A stretch of DNA of 64,000 nt from the human T2T-CHM13v2.0 reference genome, Homo sapiens, in assembly GCF_009914755.1 (NCBI RefSeq), contig NC_060931.1, one strand, 5' to 3'. Below the pieces are notes generated by a model that saw only the letters and a list, made by a program, of their open reading frames with translations, was not told the DNA's origin and searched no databases. The number at the start of each line of letters is the position of its first letter. The stretch's first letter is position 1. This document shows positions 43,501-62,585 of this stretch, piece after piece. The translations under genes and the position numbers were made by a program.

Positions 43501-45175
43501 ACCAAACTATGTTAAAATCTATTTTCAAACCCCCAACATTTTCATTTATGTCCTTCTCAAGAAAGTTCCTTGCACCTACAAGCACTACCTTGTAGCTGTC
43601 CTTAAGCTAGATCTTGTGTAGTAAGCTATACACCCACAGTTTGCAGACTGTGTGAGAAGAGAAGGTTTGCCCACATGTCTAAATAATGGTAGAAGATTTA
43701 AATAGTAGTAGAAGATTTGAATAACCATTGAATTATACAAAATACGTTGCAATAGGGCTAATTCTGCAACACAATGTCAGTAAAAATCAGATAAGGGAGG
43801 TCTCAACTTTTCTGATCAAGACAAGCAAGGTGTAATTGAGAAGGTAGGATTTTGGTTGGCTACTGATGGAACAAGATTTGGATACATGGAGAGGGTTAGC
43901 TGTAAATTTCATTGGTTTTATGTGTGTGTGTCTGTGTGTATCTCTAACTTGGCTGCTTTGATTCATAAATGAGCTGTAGAGCAGGGGTTCTCAACTGTGG
44001 CTGCTTGTAGGAATCACCCAGGAAGGCTTCTTTAAAAATTATTCTAATTTAATTGATATGGGATGAGGCCTGTGTACCAAGAGTTTTCAAAGCTTCTCAG
44101 TGATTCCAATGGCAGCCAGGGTTGAAATCCTATAGCAAAAAGCAGAGCATAGCAAACTACCCACCATGGGCCAAGTCCAGCTGTTACCTACATTTGTAAA
44201 TAAACTTTTACAAGCACACACCCCTGTCCATTTGTTCACAACGTGTCTATGGCTGCTGTCATGCTATAATGGCAGTGTGAGCAGCTGCTGTTTGGCCTTT
44301 TACTGAACAAGTTTGCTGATCCAGGGTGTAGAGAAGGAGGAGCATCACACGAACCTGGGTCTGAATCCTATTTCTACTAAATATTAGCTATGTGACTTAC
44401 AGCAAGGTAGTTAACTGTCTCCTGGTTCCCCTACCTGTAACATAAAGACAACAGGTAGATTATGAGGCTCAAAGATAATCTGTTGAAGAACCCAGCATAG
44501 AAGCTGGCACAGAGAAGTAGTCAATGACGACTGGTTTCCTTTCTTCCATATACAGGGTAGACTCAATCTTCAAGAATCTTCCCCTTGCAAAAAAACAAAA
44601 TAACAACAGCAATAACAAAAACCCATAATTTAACGTTTTTATGTTCTTGTAACCTTATTATGTAGCCATTGTGGAATTTGTGCTTCCTCATTGCCCTACA
44701 GGTAAAAGTATCTGGCAGGTCCTTTAGGCACTTCGGGTAGCTAGATGCTTTTAAGATGCCGAGACGGACCCACATTATATTCTATTTTACTAGATAACAA
44801 AGAGTTGTTCATGTATTTGGTGTATTTAATATGTAATAGAATAAAAAAGGACTTATGTGTCATGTCAAGAGGTAGAGCATAAATGATTGTGACAAGGGAA
44901 ATGGAAGATCAGATGGTATAACCTCAGTTGACAGCAGAATCAGCATGATTAACGCTCCTGGCTAAAATAGCCAGCTTTCAAAAGCATCCTTCCAGCCTTT
45001 CCAAGGAACTGGGAACATGAACTGTTTCATAATGAGAAATGACCAAGTTAGTTTCCTGAGTGCCTCAAGAAATAATGGACAATTCTTAAATTTTCAGAAA
45101 GATTTTAGAAGAAAGCTACTTGACCAAGGACAGGGATGTGGGAAGGCAGACTTGTAGAAGACCTTCAGTGAATCA

Positions 45176-45216
45176 AACACACATACACACACACAAACAC
45201 ACACACACACACACAC
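45176..45216. repeat. (CA)n microsatellite
   Basis: Interrupted CA run. Confidence 0.95.
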
Positions 45217-45273
45217 TCTACACCATTTAAAAGGACAAGTAGCTTGACACCCAATCCTGACTGCTAGTTCTAA

Positions 45274-45566
<293 letters not shown>

Positions 45567-45639
45567 AACATCTTAAACTGTCATCATCATGTGTGTCATT
45601 TGTTGTTCAAATGGATTTACAACTAGAAATGACAGACAC

Positions 45640-45886
45640 AAGAGCTGCACTATGACTTTTGGGGACTCTAGCCACTTTTGCCATCATGGGCCCTTTCTTC
45701 CATAAAAAATATTTTAAATGGTATTTCGTGACTAACTACACAGGCTTAAAGATGAGTATAATTCAAGCTGGACTGTATTTTTTTTCTTCTGACTTTAAAA
45801 GAAATTAAAACCTCTTCATGGACCACTAATAACATCGTGAGCCTTGGGCACTCTGTGTATTGCACCAAATGGATAAGTCAGCTCTG
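45640..45886 (-). mobile_element. ORSL-like hAT-Tip100 element
   Basis: Ends agagctgcactatgactttt and ggataagtcagctctg with an AT-rich core. Confidence 0.65.
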
Positions 45887-46144
45887 GACAAACTTGTACC
45901 AAGGCAATATATTTCCTCACTTCAGGAACCAACAAGAACTAACACTAAGGAGAGGCCACTTCTTCTACATTCTGAAATTCTGATCATTAAAGTCCGATAA
46001 TGAGTCCCAGTGTGTCGTGGTGGCCAAAGACCATATATGATATCTCCTGTCTGGATGGAGGTTACATTCATCAATGACATAGCAATTGTCCTACCTCTAC
46101 AGCTGTGTCCTCATCACTCATGTATAGTCATTCAGAAACAGTGT

Positions 46145-46412
46145 GGAGACCAAGGCAGGCAGATCACTTGAGGTCAAGAATTCAGGACCAGCCTGGCCAA
46201 CATGGCAAAACCCTATCTTTACTAAAAATATAAAAATTAGCCAGGTATGGTGGTGGGTGCCTGTAATCCCAGCTACTTGGCAGGGCTAAGGCGTGAGAAT
46301 TGCTTGAACCTGGGAGGCAGAGGGTTCAGTGAGCTGAGATTGCACCACTGCACTCCAGCTTGGGCAACAGAGTGAGACTCTGTCTCAAAGAAAAGAAGAA
46401 AAAGAAAAAAGA
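46145..46412 (+). mobile_element. 5'-truncated Alu
   Basis: TSD agaaacagtgtggaga / agaaatagtgtggaga. Confidence 0.93.
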
Positions 46413-47421
46413 AATAGTGTGGAGAGGAAGGAGTAAGTTGAAGAAAGACAAGGATGACAAACAGGAGAGAGTATGGGGTGTCTCAGCACTGCCAACTGGG
46501 AACTGAGCTTTGCACTCCCCGTGACAGATTGGAGCTAATGGCTGAGAAATATGATCCTGAAACTATCCCCTAAATGCCAGTTCAAAGAGTCCTCCTTCTC
46601 ACACAATGACTCAGTGGAGGGAGGCGGCAATCTGAACTTGATGATGGAATGACAAGGCAAGTGTCGGTTTGTTTTTCCTATCAGGTGTCGACTTCGCGGA
46701 AAGCTCCATCTCAATTGCCATGAGTCAAAACTTGATTGCTGAGAGCAAGAAAGATGGGTACAGCAGGAGTCGCGTACTTAGTCACCCATACATGTTACAA
46801 AGTTCATTCAGAGTGTCCTGGGGTCTTCAGCTTCAACAGCAGCACCTCAGAAAATGTCCAAAGGGCAATTTTCCCACAGTATCTGGGATGACAAGAACCA
46901 TTCTCAGATTCTGGACCGGCTCTAACTTGGCAAGTTAGACTAGAATCACATGCACAGTCCCTGGTGTGGTCTCTGCTTGACTACTGTCCTAGGAGCCAAA
47001 TAATTGGTGTAGTCAATGTGCTTTACTTGGGGGAGGAAGGGGTTGATAGTGAAAAGATATGAACAATTAAGAAAAGAGATTAATTTTAAATTAAGCTGAA
47101 TGTCAAGAAGATTAGCGTAACTCTGACTTCTTTACCAGAAACAGACTTCTAAAATGAGACTTAATCTAAAGACATAAATAAAAAATATCCCTTTAAATGA
47201 TGTATGGAAATATGAGCGGACATCGAGTGAGGAAGGCAGGCAGTTGTGCTGGATCTAAGTAAGTAGGTGTTCTGCAAATCAATCCACTTCACAGAGTCAT
47301 TTGTGGAGCTATTGTTCAGGATATTTGTATTTGAATAGAGCTTGTCTCTCTCCTTACCCTGCCTCTCTATCCCAGGAGTCTAGAATGAAGGCACAAACTT
47401 CCACCAGGATGACTGTGGCTG

Positions 47422-47435
47422 GTTGCCATGGAAAT
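47422..47435. promoter_or_regulatory. Putative RFX X-box
   Basis: GTTGCCATGGAAAT versus consensus GTTGCCATGG(C/A)AAC, in non-repetitive, CpG-retaining sequence. Confidence 0.45.
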
Positions 47436-47754
47436 AGCGAGAAGGCACTGGATTCAGCATTTGACTTCACTGTGGATCACAAGCCCAAGCATGAAGACTG
47501 AGTCGCGTTTAACTAAGAGACTTGCTAATTAATGGAGCGCCAGGTACAGCTTAAAGAGAAAGTCACACAGTAGATAAAGCTAAGTTTTCAGGGCTCTCAA
47601 AAGAAATAATCGCAGCCCCAAGCGGACTGTGGAAGAGAATGCTTTCTCCTCTGAGATCTATCTTCTTTTGAGTTCTGACGGCCACTTTTCCCTGACTCTC
47701 TGGAGGGAGGTGGAAATGGAGCCATTTAGGAAACCTTCCAGCTAATTGAATTCA

Positions 47755-48312
47755 AGAAGTCCATCTACGGACAAATGGATAAAGAAAAAGTGGTATATAT
47801 GCACAATGGAATACTATTTGACCATAAAAAAGAATGAAATACTGTCATTTGCAGCAACATGGATGGAACTGGTGGTTGTTATGTTAAGAGAAAAAAGCCA
47901 AGCACAGAAAGACAAATGCTGCAAATTCTCACTATGTGCAAGTTTAAAAAAATGATCGCATGGAGATAGAGAATACAATGATAAATACTAGAGGCTGGGA
48001 AGCGTGTGTGAGTCAGGGGGGAAGGATGAAGAGAGGTTGGTTAGTGTGTTAGATGGAAGTTAGATAGAAGAAATAACCCCAATATTTGATAGCAGAGTAG
48101 GATAACTACAGTCTGCAACAATGTAATATATGTTTTCGAGTAGCAAGAAGAGAGGGCTTGAAATGCTCCCAACACATAAAAATGATAAACACTCAAGGTG
48201 ATGGACACCCCAAATGCTCTGACTTGATCATCACACATTCTATGCATGTAACAAATATTCACATGTACCCCATAAACATATAACATTTTGTATGAGTAAA
48301 AAAAAAAAAAAA
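47755..48312 (+). mobile_element. L1MA 3' end
   Basis: aatggaatactatt...catttgcagcaacatggatggaactgg...poly(A). Confidence 0.9.
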
Positions 48313-51300
48313 AGAGAGAAAGAGAAATGAAATGGCACAACTAAATCCTCAAAAGGCGACGGCGATTTTCCCAGCCCTGATCTCACTCTGCCTCTTTGTC
48401 TCTGGGGGGCAAGTTCTTGGAAGGAGACAGTTTTGGGAAGACACCTCCACTACCCTGCTATGCACTGCCTCCCCTCCCTTCTCATTCATAGCTCTTCCCC
48501 TAGCAAAATACAAGTTCACCACCGCCTCCCCTTGGTCTTCTTCCTCCCTCGCTTCCTGGCCCATTTGCAAGGCCATCTCTTGACCAGCCAGCAGAAATGC
48601 AAGAGCATCTGGTGTAGCAGAGTCCGTTTGAATAAAATGTGAAAGCACAGTTGTACTCCAGTCAGTGCACAAATACCAGCTGGTGGAAGTGGAATAGGAA
48701 AATCATTTCCTCACTGGTAGCCCATTTTTAAACACTTCATAACGAATGAAGAAGATTGAATTGGTCATTTAAAAGATAGCAGATTTCATTCCACAAATGC
48801 CTTCTGAGTGCCATTTACTGAACTGGGTGCTGGGGAGGTTTCTTAGGTAAATCAGACAGATTCCTACTGTCAATTACACAATTGTCAAGCAGACAATTCC
48901 TGCATCACATGGAAGGAATAAGCCTGAGATGCCTGGTGAGATGGAATCTAAATAGCATGCCAGCCTCCTCTTCTGCGTCTAGAGGTGAAGTCACCCGAAG
49001 ACATAGTTTAACATTCACAGGGTGCGCCTCCGTGCTGAACACATATGGTTGAATTTGGCTCATAAAGGTGTGTTGTGCTACAGCACTGGATAGAAGTTCT
49101 GCTGAGCTTCTGCTGGGGTCTAGGGCCACTGTGGGCAGTGTAGCAGCTATTGCAGTGTGCGGCTATGGTGAGAGGCCACTCCAAGTCCAGCCCGTTGGTA
49201 AGGTAGCCAAGCTTTACTAACAAGGGCTTACTAACGGGCTGAGCTGATGACATATAAAACCTGTGATCCTTTAGCTCCAGTTTAGGGTCCCACTATGGCC
49301 TGGGCAGGGATTTGGACCAGCTGAGGCGTGGCCATAACAGCAGAAAAGCATCCACCTGGCTGTGCATGACAAGGGTTCCATAATAATCCCACGTGGGAAC
49401 AACTAAAGCCACAATGGTAATAGACTGACCAGAGTGACCTCTTTCTCCTGGCACACAGAAGCAAAACTAACCTCTTTTAAATAAAACTTCAAGTGTTAAC
49501 AATTTGGGGTGGAAAAGAGGTCTCAAAGGTGAGATAACTGACTTTCTGCTAATATAAACACATGAGTGCTCAATTAATTGGATAAATAAAAGAGTAAAAG
49601 CCAAAATCCTTTCACTGGTCTACCGGATCTCTTGTATACTGCCCTCTCTCTGATCTCATTTCTGATCTGCTTAACCGTGCTCACTCAGCACCAGGCAAGG
49701 CAGCCTCTTTCCTGTTTCTCAAACATGCTCTCACCTCAGGGCCTTTGCACTGCTGATCCCTGTGCCTGAAATACTCTTCCTGAGTGCTTCACCTGTCGGG
49801 ACTCTGCTCAGACGTTACCTTATTGGTGGTCTTCCCTTGCAACCTCATAGCACTCCCTCCTGCCAGCATTCTCTCTCTTTCCATCCACTTTTGCTTTTAC
49901 CCACAGAACGAATCACTATCTCATATTACATATTTACCAGCTTATCACCTCTTACCCCTATTTGAATATAAGTTTCACAAGGGCAGAGGCTTTATTTCTT
50001 ACTGTTTCACTAGCACTCAAAATTGTGTTTGGCCCACAATAGGTGCTTAATAAACATTAGATGTTGAAGGAGATGTGAATCTATTTGTACCCCAATTGTG
50101 GGGGTTGCATTCATACATGTAACAAATAAATACTAACATAAGATAGGGTCATAAGAGTGAGCCAGATAAAATGTTCTCAGAATCTAGAAGAAGGAGAGAG
50201 AATTCCAACAGAAAGAAATCAAGGAACAGTTCATGGAGAAGGGACCATTTGATCCGTAAAAGATGGATTGGATTTGAACATTTGGGGATGGGAGGGAAGT
50301 TTCAGTGAAGGACATTAACATGAGCAAATGCATAGAGGTATTAAGAACAGCTTCTTTTAGCTAGAACAGAGGAGTACAGAAAAGATGGTCTAAAAGGTAA
50401 TGAGCTTAGATTTTGAAGGGCCTTGCTCTCTATTCTCTGAAAATTAATTAATTATAATTCTGTAAAGTCTGTAATTATACACCAGAGACTGATGTGTAAA
50501 ACAGGTACAAATCAAATTCAGAGCCAGCTAGGTAGGGCAAGGGGGATACAGGCCTCCTGGACCACACACCCACTCTCCTTTCTATGAACCCCTAGGGCAC
50601 TGCTGTTCAGAGTCTAAAAATTACTGTTCTATAAATAGAGAGCTATCAGAGGTGTTTGGGCTGGGGAGAAACTGGATTAGAGCTATGTTTCAAAAAGATT
50701 AATCCAGCAACCAAAAGACAAATTGGAGAGGGAAGGCACTAGATGCGGGAAAACCAATTATGGTACTCTTGCCACTGTCTGGATGAGAGGTAATGAAAGG
50801 CACAACTTAGGCAGGTGAATCACAAATTCATGAATTAGGACTCTGGCAACATGAGAAAATGACTATGAGGGAGAACACCTGGATTGGGTGGTAGGGTTGG
50901 GGAAGCTGACTCAGGTGGTAGGTGTCCAATGGGCACCAGAAGCTCAGGTTGACTCATGCCTGTACCAATATCTCTGAGTTAGGAAGATACGAGCATCCAG
51001 GACTGTTACAGATCTTGCAGATGTTCATGTCGTTCTTCCAGGTCAACTATATTCACTGCAGGATCAAGTCATCACTTTGGAATATGGGAAATCAAGAAAA
51101 CAAATCCAAAATCCAGGGAAAATCTTAGAGCTCAAAAAGCTAAAGTCCCCAGTTCATCTCCCAAAGTCAGACTGCTGAGCCTGGTCAGAGAAAATCACAC
51201 AGCTCTGCATACAGGTGCTACTAAAGTGTAGTCTTTAGGTTGTTTGAGGACATGAAGTCTTCCTATGTGTCCTTTATCAATTTATTCTTCTACCCACTTG

Positions 51301-51429
51301 ACAAAATATTAGTACTCTCCTCGAGCCCCTACTCTACTACTTTGCCTCTGATTTTCAGCAGACAGCCATGTTCCTTCTCTCTGGGATTGATGAATTCCAG
51401 CCCAATATTTTAAATGCTGTCTCAGGGGT

Positions 51430-53857
51430 GAAGTTTCCACAATCTGTAACTCTTCCCATGATCTCTTCTCTGTGTCCAAAACTACTTATCTATCTATTGA
51501 ATATTCCACAGACACCTCAAAAACAGCCTGGCCTAAACAGACTTGATTTCTACCCTTAAATCTATTCCTCCTCATCTCTTTTTCTATCATAGTAAATGGC
51601 AACACCGTTTACCCAGAGGCACCAGCTTCACAGCTAGAAACTATCTTATTCCCTTTAGTGTTGCTACAAAGGGATATCTGAGGCTGGGTAATTTATAAAG
51701 AAAAAAAGATTCATTTGGCTCACGATTCTGATGTCTGGAAAAGTTCAAGATTGGGCTCTGCATCTGGGGATGCTCTGAGGCTGGTTCCAGTCATGGCAGG
51801 AGAATGGGAACTGGTATGTGTGGCGATCACATGGTGAGTGCTGAAGCAAGAGTTGGGGAGGTGCCAGGCTCTTTCTAAACCAGCTCTCATAGGAACTAAT
51901 GGAGTGAGGACTCATTAGCATGAGAAAGGCACCAAGTCATTCATGAGGGATTCACCCCCATGATCCAAACACATTCTATTAGGCTCCAACTCCAGAATTT
52001 GGATCAAATTTAAACATGAGCTTCAGAAGAACAAACATTCAAACTATGGCACCATAGCACTATCCTTGATTCCAATCCATCAGCAAGTTTGGCCTACCAT
52101 ATATAGAGAGAGAGAGAGAGTAAAAAAATATTTTACATATATACACACACACATGCTTCCCTCTCCATGACAACAATAACCCCTTAACTAAGCCACCATC
52201 ACTCCATGCCTGGACCACACCCACAGTCTCTTAGCTGGTCTCTTTGTTAGCTCTCTGCCATTCTCCCTCCATTTCCCACACATCCAGACATCTCCATGTA
52301 TTCATCCTCATCTCAATTCACCTCTTAGCAGCGTTTAACACTATTAGCCATTTCCTCCTTTTTGAATTCTTTGTTCCTTGGCTTCCAGACATATCAGTCT
52401 TCTGGCTTTCCTCCAACTGTGTGGGCCTTCTGTTTTTTAGGTTTGTCCTTGTCGTTTAGCTGTTAAATATTAAAGATCCTCCAAGCTCTATCCTAGACTC
52501 TCCTCCTCTTACTCTATATTCTCCATGATCTCATTAGTGCCCACAACATCAATTATGCTAATGACTATGCTGATGACTAACATATTTGGATGCCTAGCTT
52601 GCATCTCTTCTTTGAGCTCCAGACCTATATATTCAGCTGCCTCCTTGACATCTCTTGAATATCTCAAAGTATCTTAAATTCATCATGGTAAAAACTAAGC
52701 TAAAATCGAATTCCTTCCCCAAACCTGGCCCTCTTCTAAGGCTTCTTAGCCCAGCACAAGGCCCTAGAGTCCATGCAGTTTACATAAACCAGAACCAAGA
52801 GTCCCCCTTAACACCTGCCTCTCCCTCATCCCTCAGGCCCATGTCCTTATATCTAATTTGATGGCAAATGGGGTAGCCACTTCCCAGCCTGGGTAAATGT
52901 CTTAAAGTCTCTTGCCTTGGTTTTCACACCTGTGAAATTGGTCTTATAAAAGCACCTATCTCATAAGGCTACTATAAACAGTAAATGAGATAATATACGT
53001 AAGGTATTTAGAATGGTACCTAGCACATTATTTTAAAAAAGGCATTCAGCAACTGTTAAATATGATTATTATCCAATGCATAATGAAATCCTGCCAATAG
53101 TGCTTTTAAACAAATTTTAATCAGTTCATCTTTTTCCTTGGGCACCTTTGCCACCCTAGCCTAATCTATCATCACCACTTACTTGGACTACTGCAATGCA
53201 GTAGACTCTTAACCGGCCCACTCTGTCCCTTTGCCCCCATCTCTGCCACAAAATATCTCCTCCACAATGCAGGCAGAATGGCCTCTTCAGAATGCAAACC
53301 TGATCACCTTACCTCCTACCTCTTCTCCCCCAAGTCCTCACATTTTTCAGTGACTCCTTGCTGGTTTTGGGACAAATATGAAACTCCTCCTCATGGCCCT
53401 GCCTGCCTCAGGCCCTGTCCACCTCTCCAGCTCACTCTCACCCTCTGCTCCTGACACGTTAACCTCCCTTAGACTCTTGTCTGGCCCTGTCCCCTCCCAC
53501 CCAGGGCATTTGCACAGCCCATTCGGCTCATTCGTTCTGCCTAGAAAGCTCTTCCCTCCCCTCTTCTACTAATTAAGGCTCCACCTCATCCAGTAAATCC
53601 CTGCTCAGGCATTGTGCCTTCAGAGAAGTCTGTGCAGACCCCCGAATCAGAGCCCCTCCTGGCTTGGGGCCCTCTCCCTGTAGCACATCACACAGCTGCC
53701 AAGTTCCAACTATTGGTGTGGGTGTAAGAGATCTGTCTTCCCCATTGAACTCTGTATCTTCCCAGGAGGACAGAGAGCATATGGGCTTCTGCTCACCCTT
53801 TGTCCCCTGCTGGTAGCATATTGCCCAGCAGAAGGTAGGCACTGCAAAACTATGTGT
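51430..53857 (+). mobile_element. Fragmented L2 with nested MST LTR (~51645-52040, -) and MIR (~52860-53060)
   Basis: L2 motifs (gagctccagacctatatattcagctgcc; ccagggcatttgcacagc); MST motif gaggctgggtaatttataaag. Confidence 0.75.
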
Positions 53858-54230
53858 CTTTTTCTTTTACAGTACCACTTGCAGAAATGCCACTGTTAAA
53901 GAATTTCGACAATTTTTGATGAGCCCCAGTGAGGTGATAAAGAAAAAGAATCCATCTGAGAGACTCAGTAGCCAAAAAGGGCATATTGATTGTCACAAAG
54001 ACAGCCCATGCCCAGCAAATAGAACTGAAGAAGGAGGGCGAGAACAATGCGAAGAAAAGTAACAATGAGAGTGTCAAGGAAGATTAAAGTGCAGCTCTTT
54101 GTGGAGCTAATAGATAAGGATTTACCAACAGAGTAGAGTGGATGCATTAAATGTGAGAGCAGTCAGTTTTGGGATGGAAACTAACACTCAGACACTCATG
54201 AAAGGAATATTTCAATGTATGGAGCTCAAG
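53100..54230 (+). repeat. Left arm of inverted duplication
   Basis: 53100-53857 is the reverse complement of ~59145-59880; 53858-54230 is the reverse complement of ~58230-58600. Confidence 0.95.
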
Positions 54231-54289
54231 AGATGGCAGAATTCTTCTCTCGTTCCCTTACTTTTCTTAAGACTTTTATCATAGAAAGG

Positions 54290-59100
<4,811 letters not shown>

Positions 59101-60189
59101 TAAAAGTTCACTGCGACCGCTAATCATTCATGTACCTGCTCAACACATAGTTTTGGAATACCTACCCTCAACTGGGCAATATGCTACCAGCAGGGGACAA
59201 AGGGTGAGCAGAAGCCCATATGCTCCCTGTCCTCCTGGGAGGATGCAGAGTCCAGTGGGGAAGACAGACCTCTAACACTCATACCAAAATTGGAACTTGG
59301 CAGCTGTATGATGTGCTACAGGGAGAGGGCCCCAGGCCAGGAGGGGCTCTGATTATGGGGTCTGCACAGACTTCCCTGAAGGCACAATGCCTGAGCAGGG
59401 ATTTACTGGATGAGGTGGAGCCTTAATTAGTAGAAGAGGGGAGGGAAGAGCTTTCCAGGCAGAACGAATGAGCCATGCAAATGCCCTGGGTGGGAGGGGA
59501 CAGGGCCAGACAAGGGTCCAAGGGAGGTTAATGTGTCAGGAGCAGAGGGTGAGAGTGAGCTGGGAAGGCAGACAGGGCCTGAGGCAGGCAGGGCCAAGAG
59601 GAGGAGTTTCGTATTTGTTCTAAAACCAGTGAGGACTTAGGGGAGAGGAGGTGGGAGGTAAGATGTTATCAGGTTTGCATTTTGAAGTGGCCATTCTGTC
59701 TGCATTGTGGAGGAGATATTTTGTGGCAGAGATGGGGGCCAAAAGGACAAGAGTGGGCCAGTTAAGAGGCTGCTGCATTGCAGTAGTCCAAGTAAGTGGT
59801 GATGATAGATTAGGCTAGGGTGGCAAAGGTGCGGATGGAGAGAGGTGAACAGATTCAAATTTCATTTAGGAGACACAATGATGAGATTTGATTACAAAGT
59901 GGATAAAATTATAGGCAACAAATATTTAGCAATTTATAAGGAATGGTTGAAAATAAAGTCTCAGGTGTAGAGATGCTAGGCAGAAGCAAAGAGAAAGCAG
60001 AGTTAAAATCGCACAATGTGTAACTTAAGATTTAAAATACTAAATGGGATAAAAAGGACTAGGTAATGAAAAAAGTCAGTATTTAAGGAAAACTTATATG
60101 ATCTAGCACAGCCATGTATTGACAAGTGGTTAAAGCAAGCACGGACTAACAGAGACTACCGACACTTGGGTAATGCCATCAAGGTTACT

Positions 60190-60840
60190 GAAAGGTGGCT
60201 CACGCCTATAAATCCAACACTTTGGGAGGCCAAGGTGGGAGAACCACCTGAGCCCAGGAGTTGGACACCAGCCTGTGCAATGTAGGGAAAACTGTCTGAT
60301 ATGGTTTGGCTCTGTGTACCCACCCAAATCTCATCTTGAATCATAGCTCCCATAATTCTCACATGTTGTAGTAGGGACCCAGTGGGAGATAATTGCATCG
60401 TGGGGGTGGTTTCCACCATCCCCCATACTGTTCTCGTGGTAGTGAATAAGTCTCATGAGATCTGACAGTTTTAGAAGGGGTTGCCACTTTCACTTCCTTC
60501 TCATTTCTCTCTTATCTGCCGCCATGTAAGACGTGTCTTTTGCCTTCCATTATGATTGTGCGGCCTCCCTAGCCACTTGAAACTGTGAGTCCATTAAAAT
60601 CTCTTTTCCTTTATAAATTACTCAATCTCAGGTATGTCTTTATCAGCAGCATGAAAACAGACTAATAACACTGTCTCTACCAAAAATAATTCTTTTAAAA
60701 ACCAGCCAGGCATGGTGACACGTGCCTGTATTTCCAGCTACTCAGGAGGCTGAGACAGGAGGATTGGTTGAGCCTGGGAGGTCAAAGCTGCAGTGAGCTG
60801 TCATGATGCCACTGCACTCCAGCCTGGGTGACATAGAGAG
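60190..60840 (+). mobile_element. AluJ split by a THE1 LTR
   Basis: Alu left part to 60296; Alu resumes at 60671. Confidence 0.85.
60297..60670 (+). mobile_element. THE1 solo LTR
   Basis: tgatatggtttggctctgtg...gactaataaca with 5-bp TSD CTGTC. Confidence 0.92.
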
Positions 60841-61329
60841 GCTCTAGGATCTGCAGCAGCAGCAGTGACATCCTGCAATGGAGGCACCAGGTTCCTCACC
60901 CGCAAACCCTCACCAGCCAGTGTGCAGCTGCAAATGAAGCATCAGAAGGGGTGAGGACATCTAAGACTCTTAGGAAGCGGAACGATCCCCTTGCAGGCCC
61001 AGCCTTACAAGCACAAGTTGAGTGCTCAGCCTGTAACTGGGACTGCACAGAGTGGGGAACCAGCTGACCTGGGCCAGGAGCACACCAGTCATCTTGGGGT
61101 TTTATACTTCTCAAAATAATTGCTAGAGGACAGTACACAGTGTAATCAGGACCAAACAAACTTCATACCCATTATTCTCTCACCTCCACAGGCTAGCACA
61201 GCTTGCTCTAAACACATTCCTAAGCAACTTTAAGAAAAGTTTAGCAGAGTTCATAGTATCATTTGTTAAGGTGCCTAATAATATAAATGTTCCAAAATTG
61301 TCTCAATCATAGCAATAAGCTCCTGGAAA

Positions 61330-62585
61330 TGGAAATGGGAAAGAGAATAATTTCACCAGGATGACAAAAACTATTAAATATTTTAAAATAAATTAAACAA
61401 AAGGTCCAGGACTTAGATGATTAAAACTGTAAAAGCTTATTGAAGAATACAAAATAAGATCAAAATAAAAGGGAAAATATGCCATGTTCTAAGATAAGAA
61501 AATTGATGTCTTTAAAAATGCCATTTTTTCCCAAATCAACTTATAAATCTAATATTTCAATTAGAATACAAACAGGTTCTTTTTGTTTGTTTTGAGGGCT
61601 ATTTGTGGGCTTTTTTAGTTTGGTTGGATTTTGTCCTTTATTTGATGGGAGGTGGGCTGGGAGTAGAGAAGAAGGAGGTTTTAATGTCTGAATGGAAGGA
61701 AAAATGCCCAAGAATAGTTATGACGAGTATGAATAACAACAGTTTCAAGGGTGCACTTGCCTCAGTAGATATGTGAACATGCTTTAAAACAGAACAAGAT
61801 ATTTTAGAATGTAGAGGCAAAATCAAATCAATATACAAATAGATCAATGCAAGATGATGAAAAAAAATGAACATAACACAGTAAAGAATCCAGAAATGGA
61901 TGTCAGTATATTTGGAAATGTAGCATATGACAAAGATGATGTATCCAGTAAGAGGGAAAGGGGTATTATTTAATAACTAATTATTGGCACGACTAATTAT
62001 TGATCAGGAAAAAAACGTATTAAAAATAGCAAAAAAAAAAAAAAAAAAAAGCCAGACATGGTGGTGCACTCCTGTAATCCCAGCTACTCAGGAGACTGTG
62101 GCAGGAGGATCATTGGCACCCAGGAGTTTGAGGCTGTAGTGCACTGTGACGATCAATAGCCACTACACTGTACCCTGGAGAACATAGTGAGACTGCATCT
62201 CTTAAAAAAAATTTACAAGTGATTTAATAACCTAAATGCTTTAAAATAATAATAATAGTCTTTCAAAGTAAATAAAAATACTTCATGTAAAATTTATGGA
62301 TTGAGAGAGGACTTCTTAACCAAGACTAAAATCTAGAAGCTAGAAACAACTGTGTTTGACTATATAAAAATAATATTTTGCAGTAGTGAAAGATATTATA
62401 ATATCATCAAAACCAAAAACTTGGAAAATCTTTATTTACAATGTAGAAATCAGCTAATACCTTATCATGTAGAGAGATCTTTCAAAATGACAAGGAGGCA
62501 AGTAATCTATTAATAAAATGAAGGAAGAAACAATTCATAGAAGAGAAAGACCAAAGAGTAAGCAAATCAATGAAAAAGCTAACTC
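61330..62585 (+). mobile_element. L1ME ORF2 fragment with Alu monomer at ~62030-62210
   Basis: Degenerate A-rich L1 ORF2 motifs. Confidence 0.65.

Noticed and set aside
48900-49470. Unique, CpG-containing block with several short ORFs
   Set aside because: No recognisable protein, repeat or convincing splice boundaries; cannot support a call.
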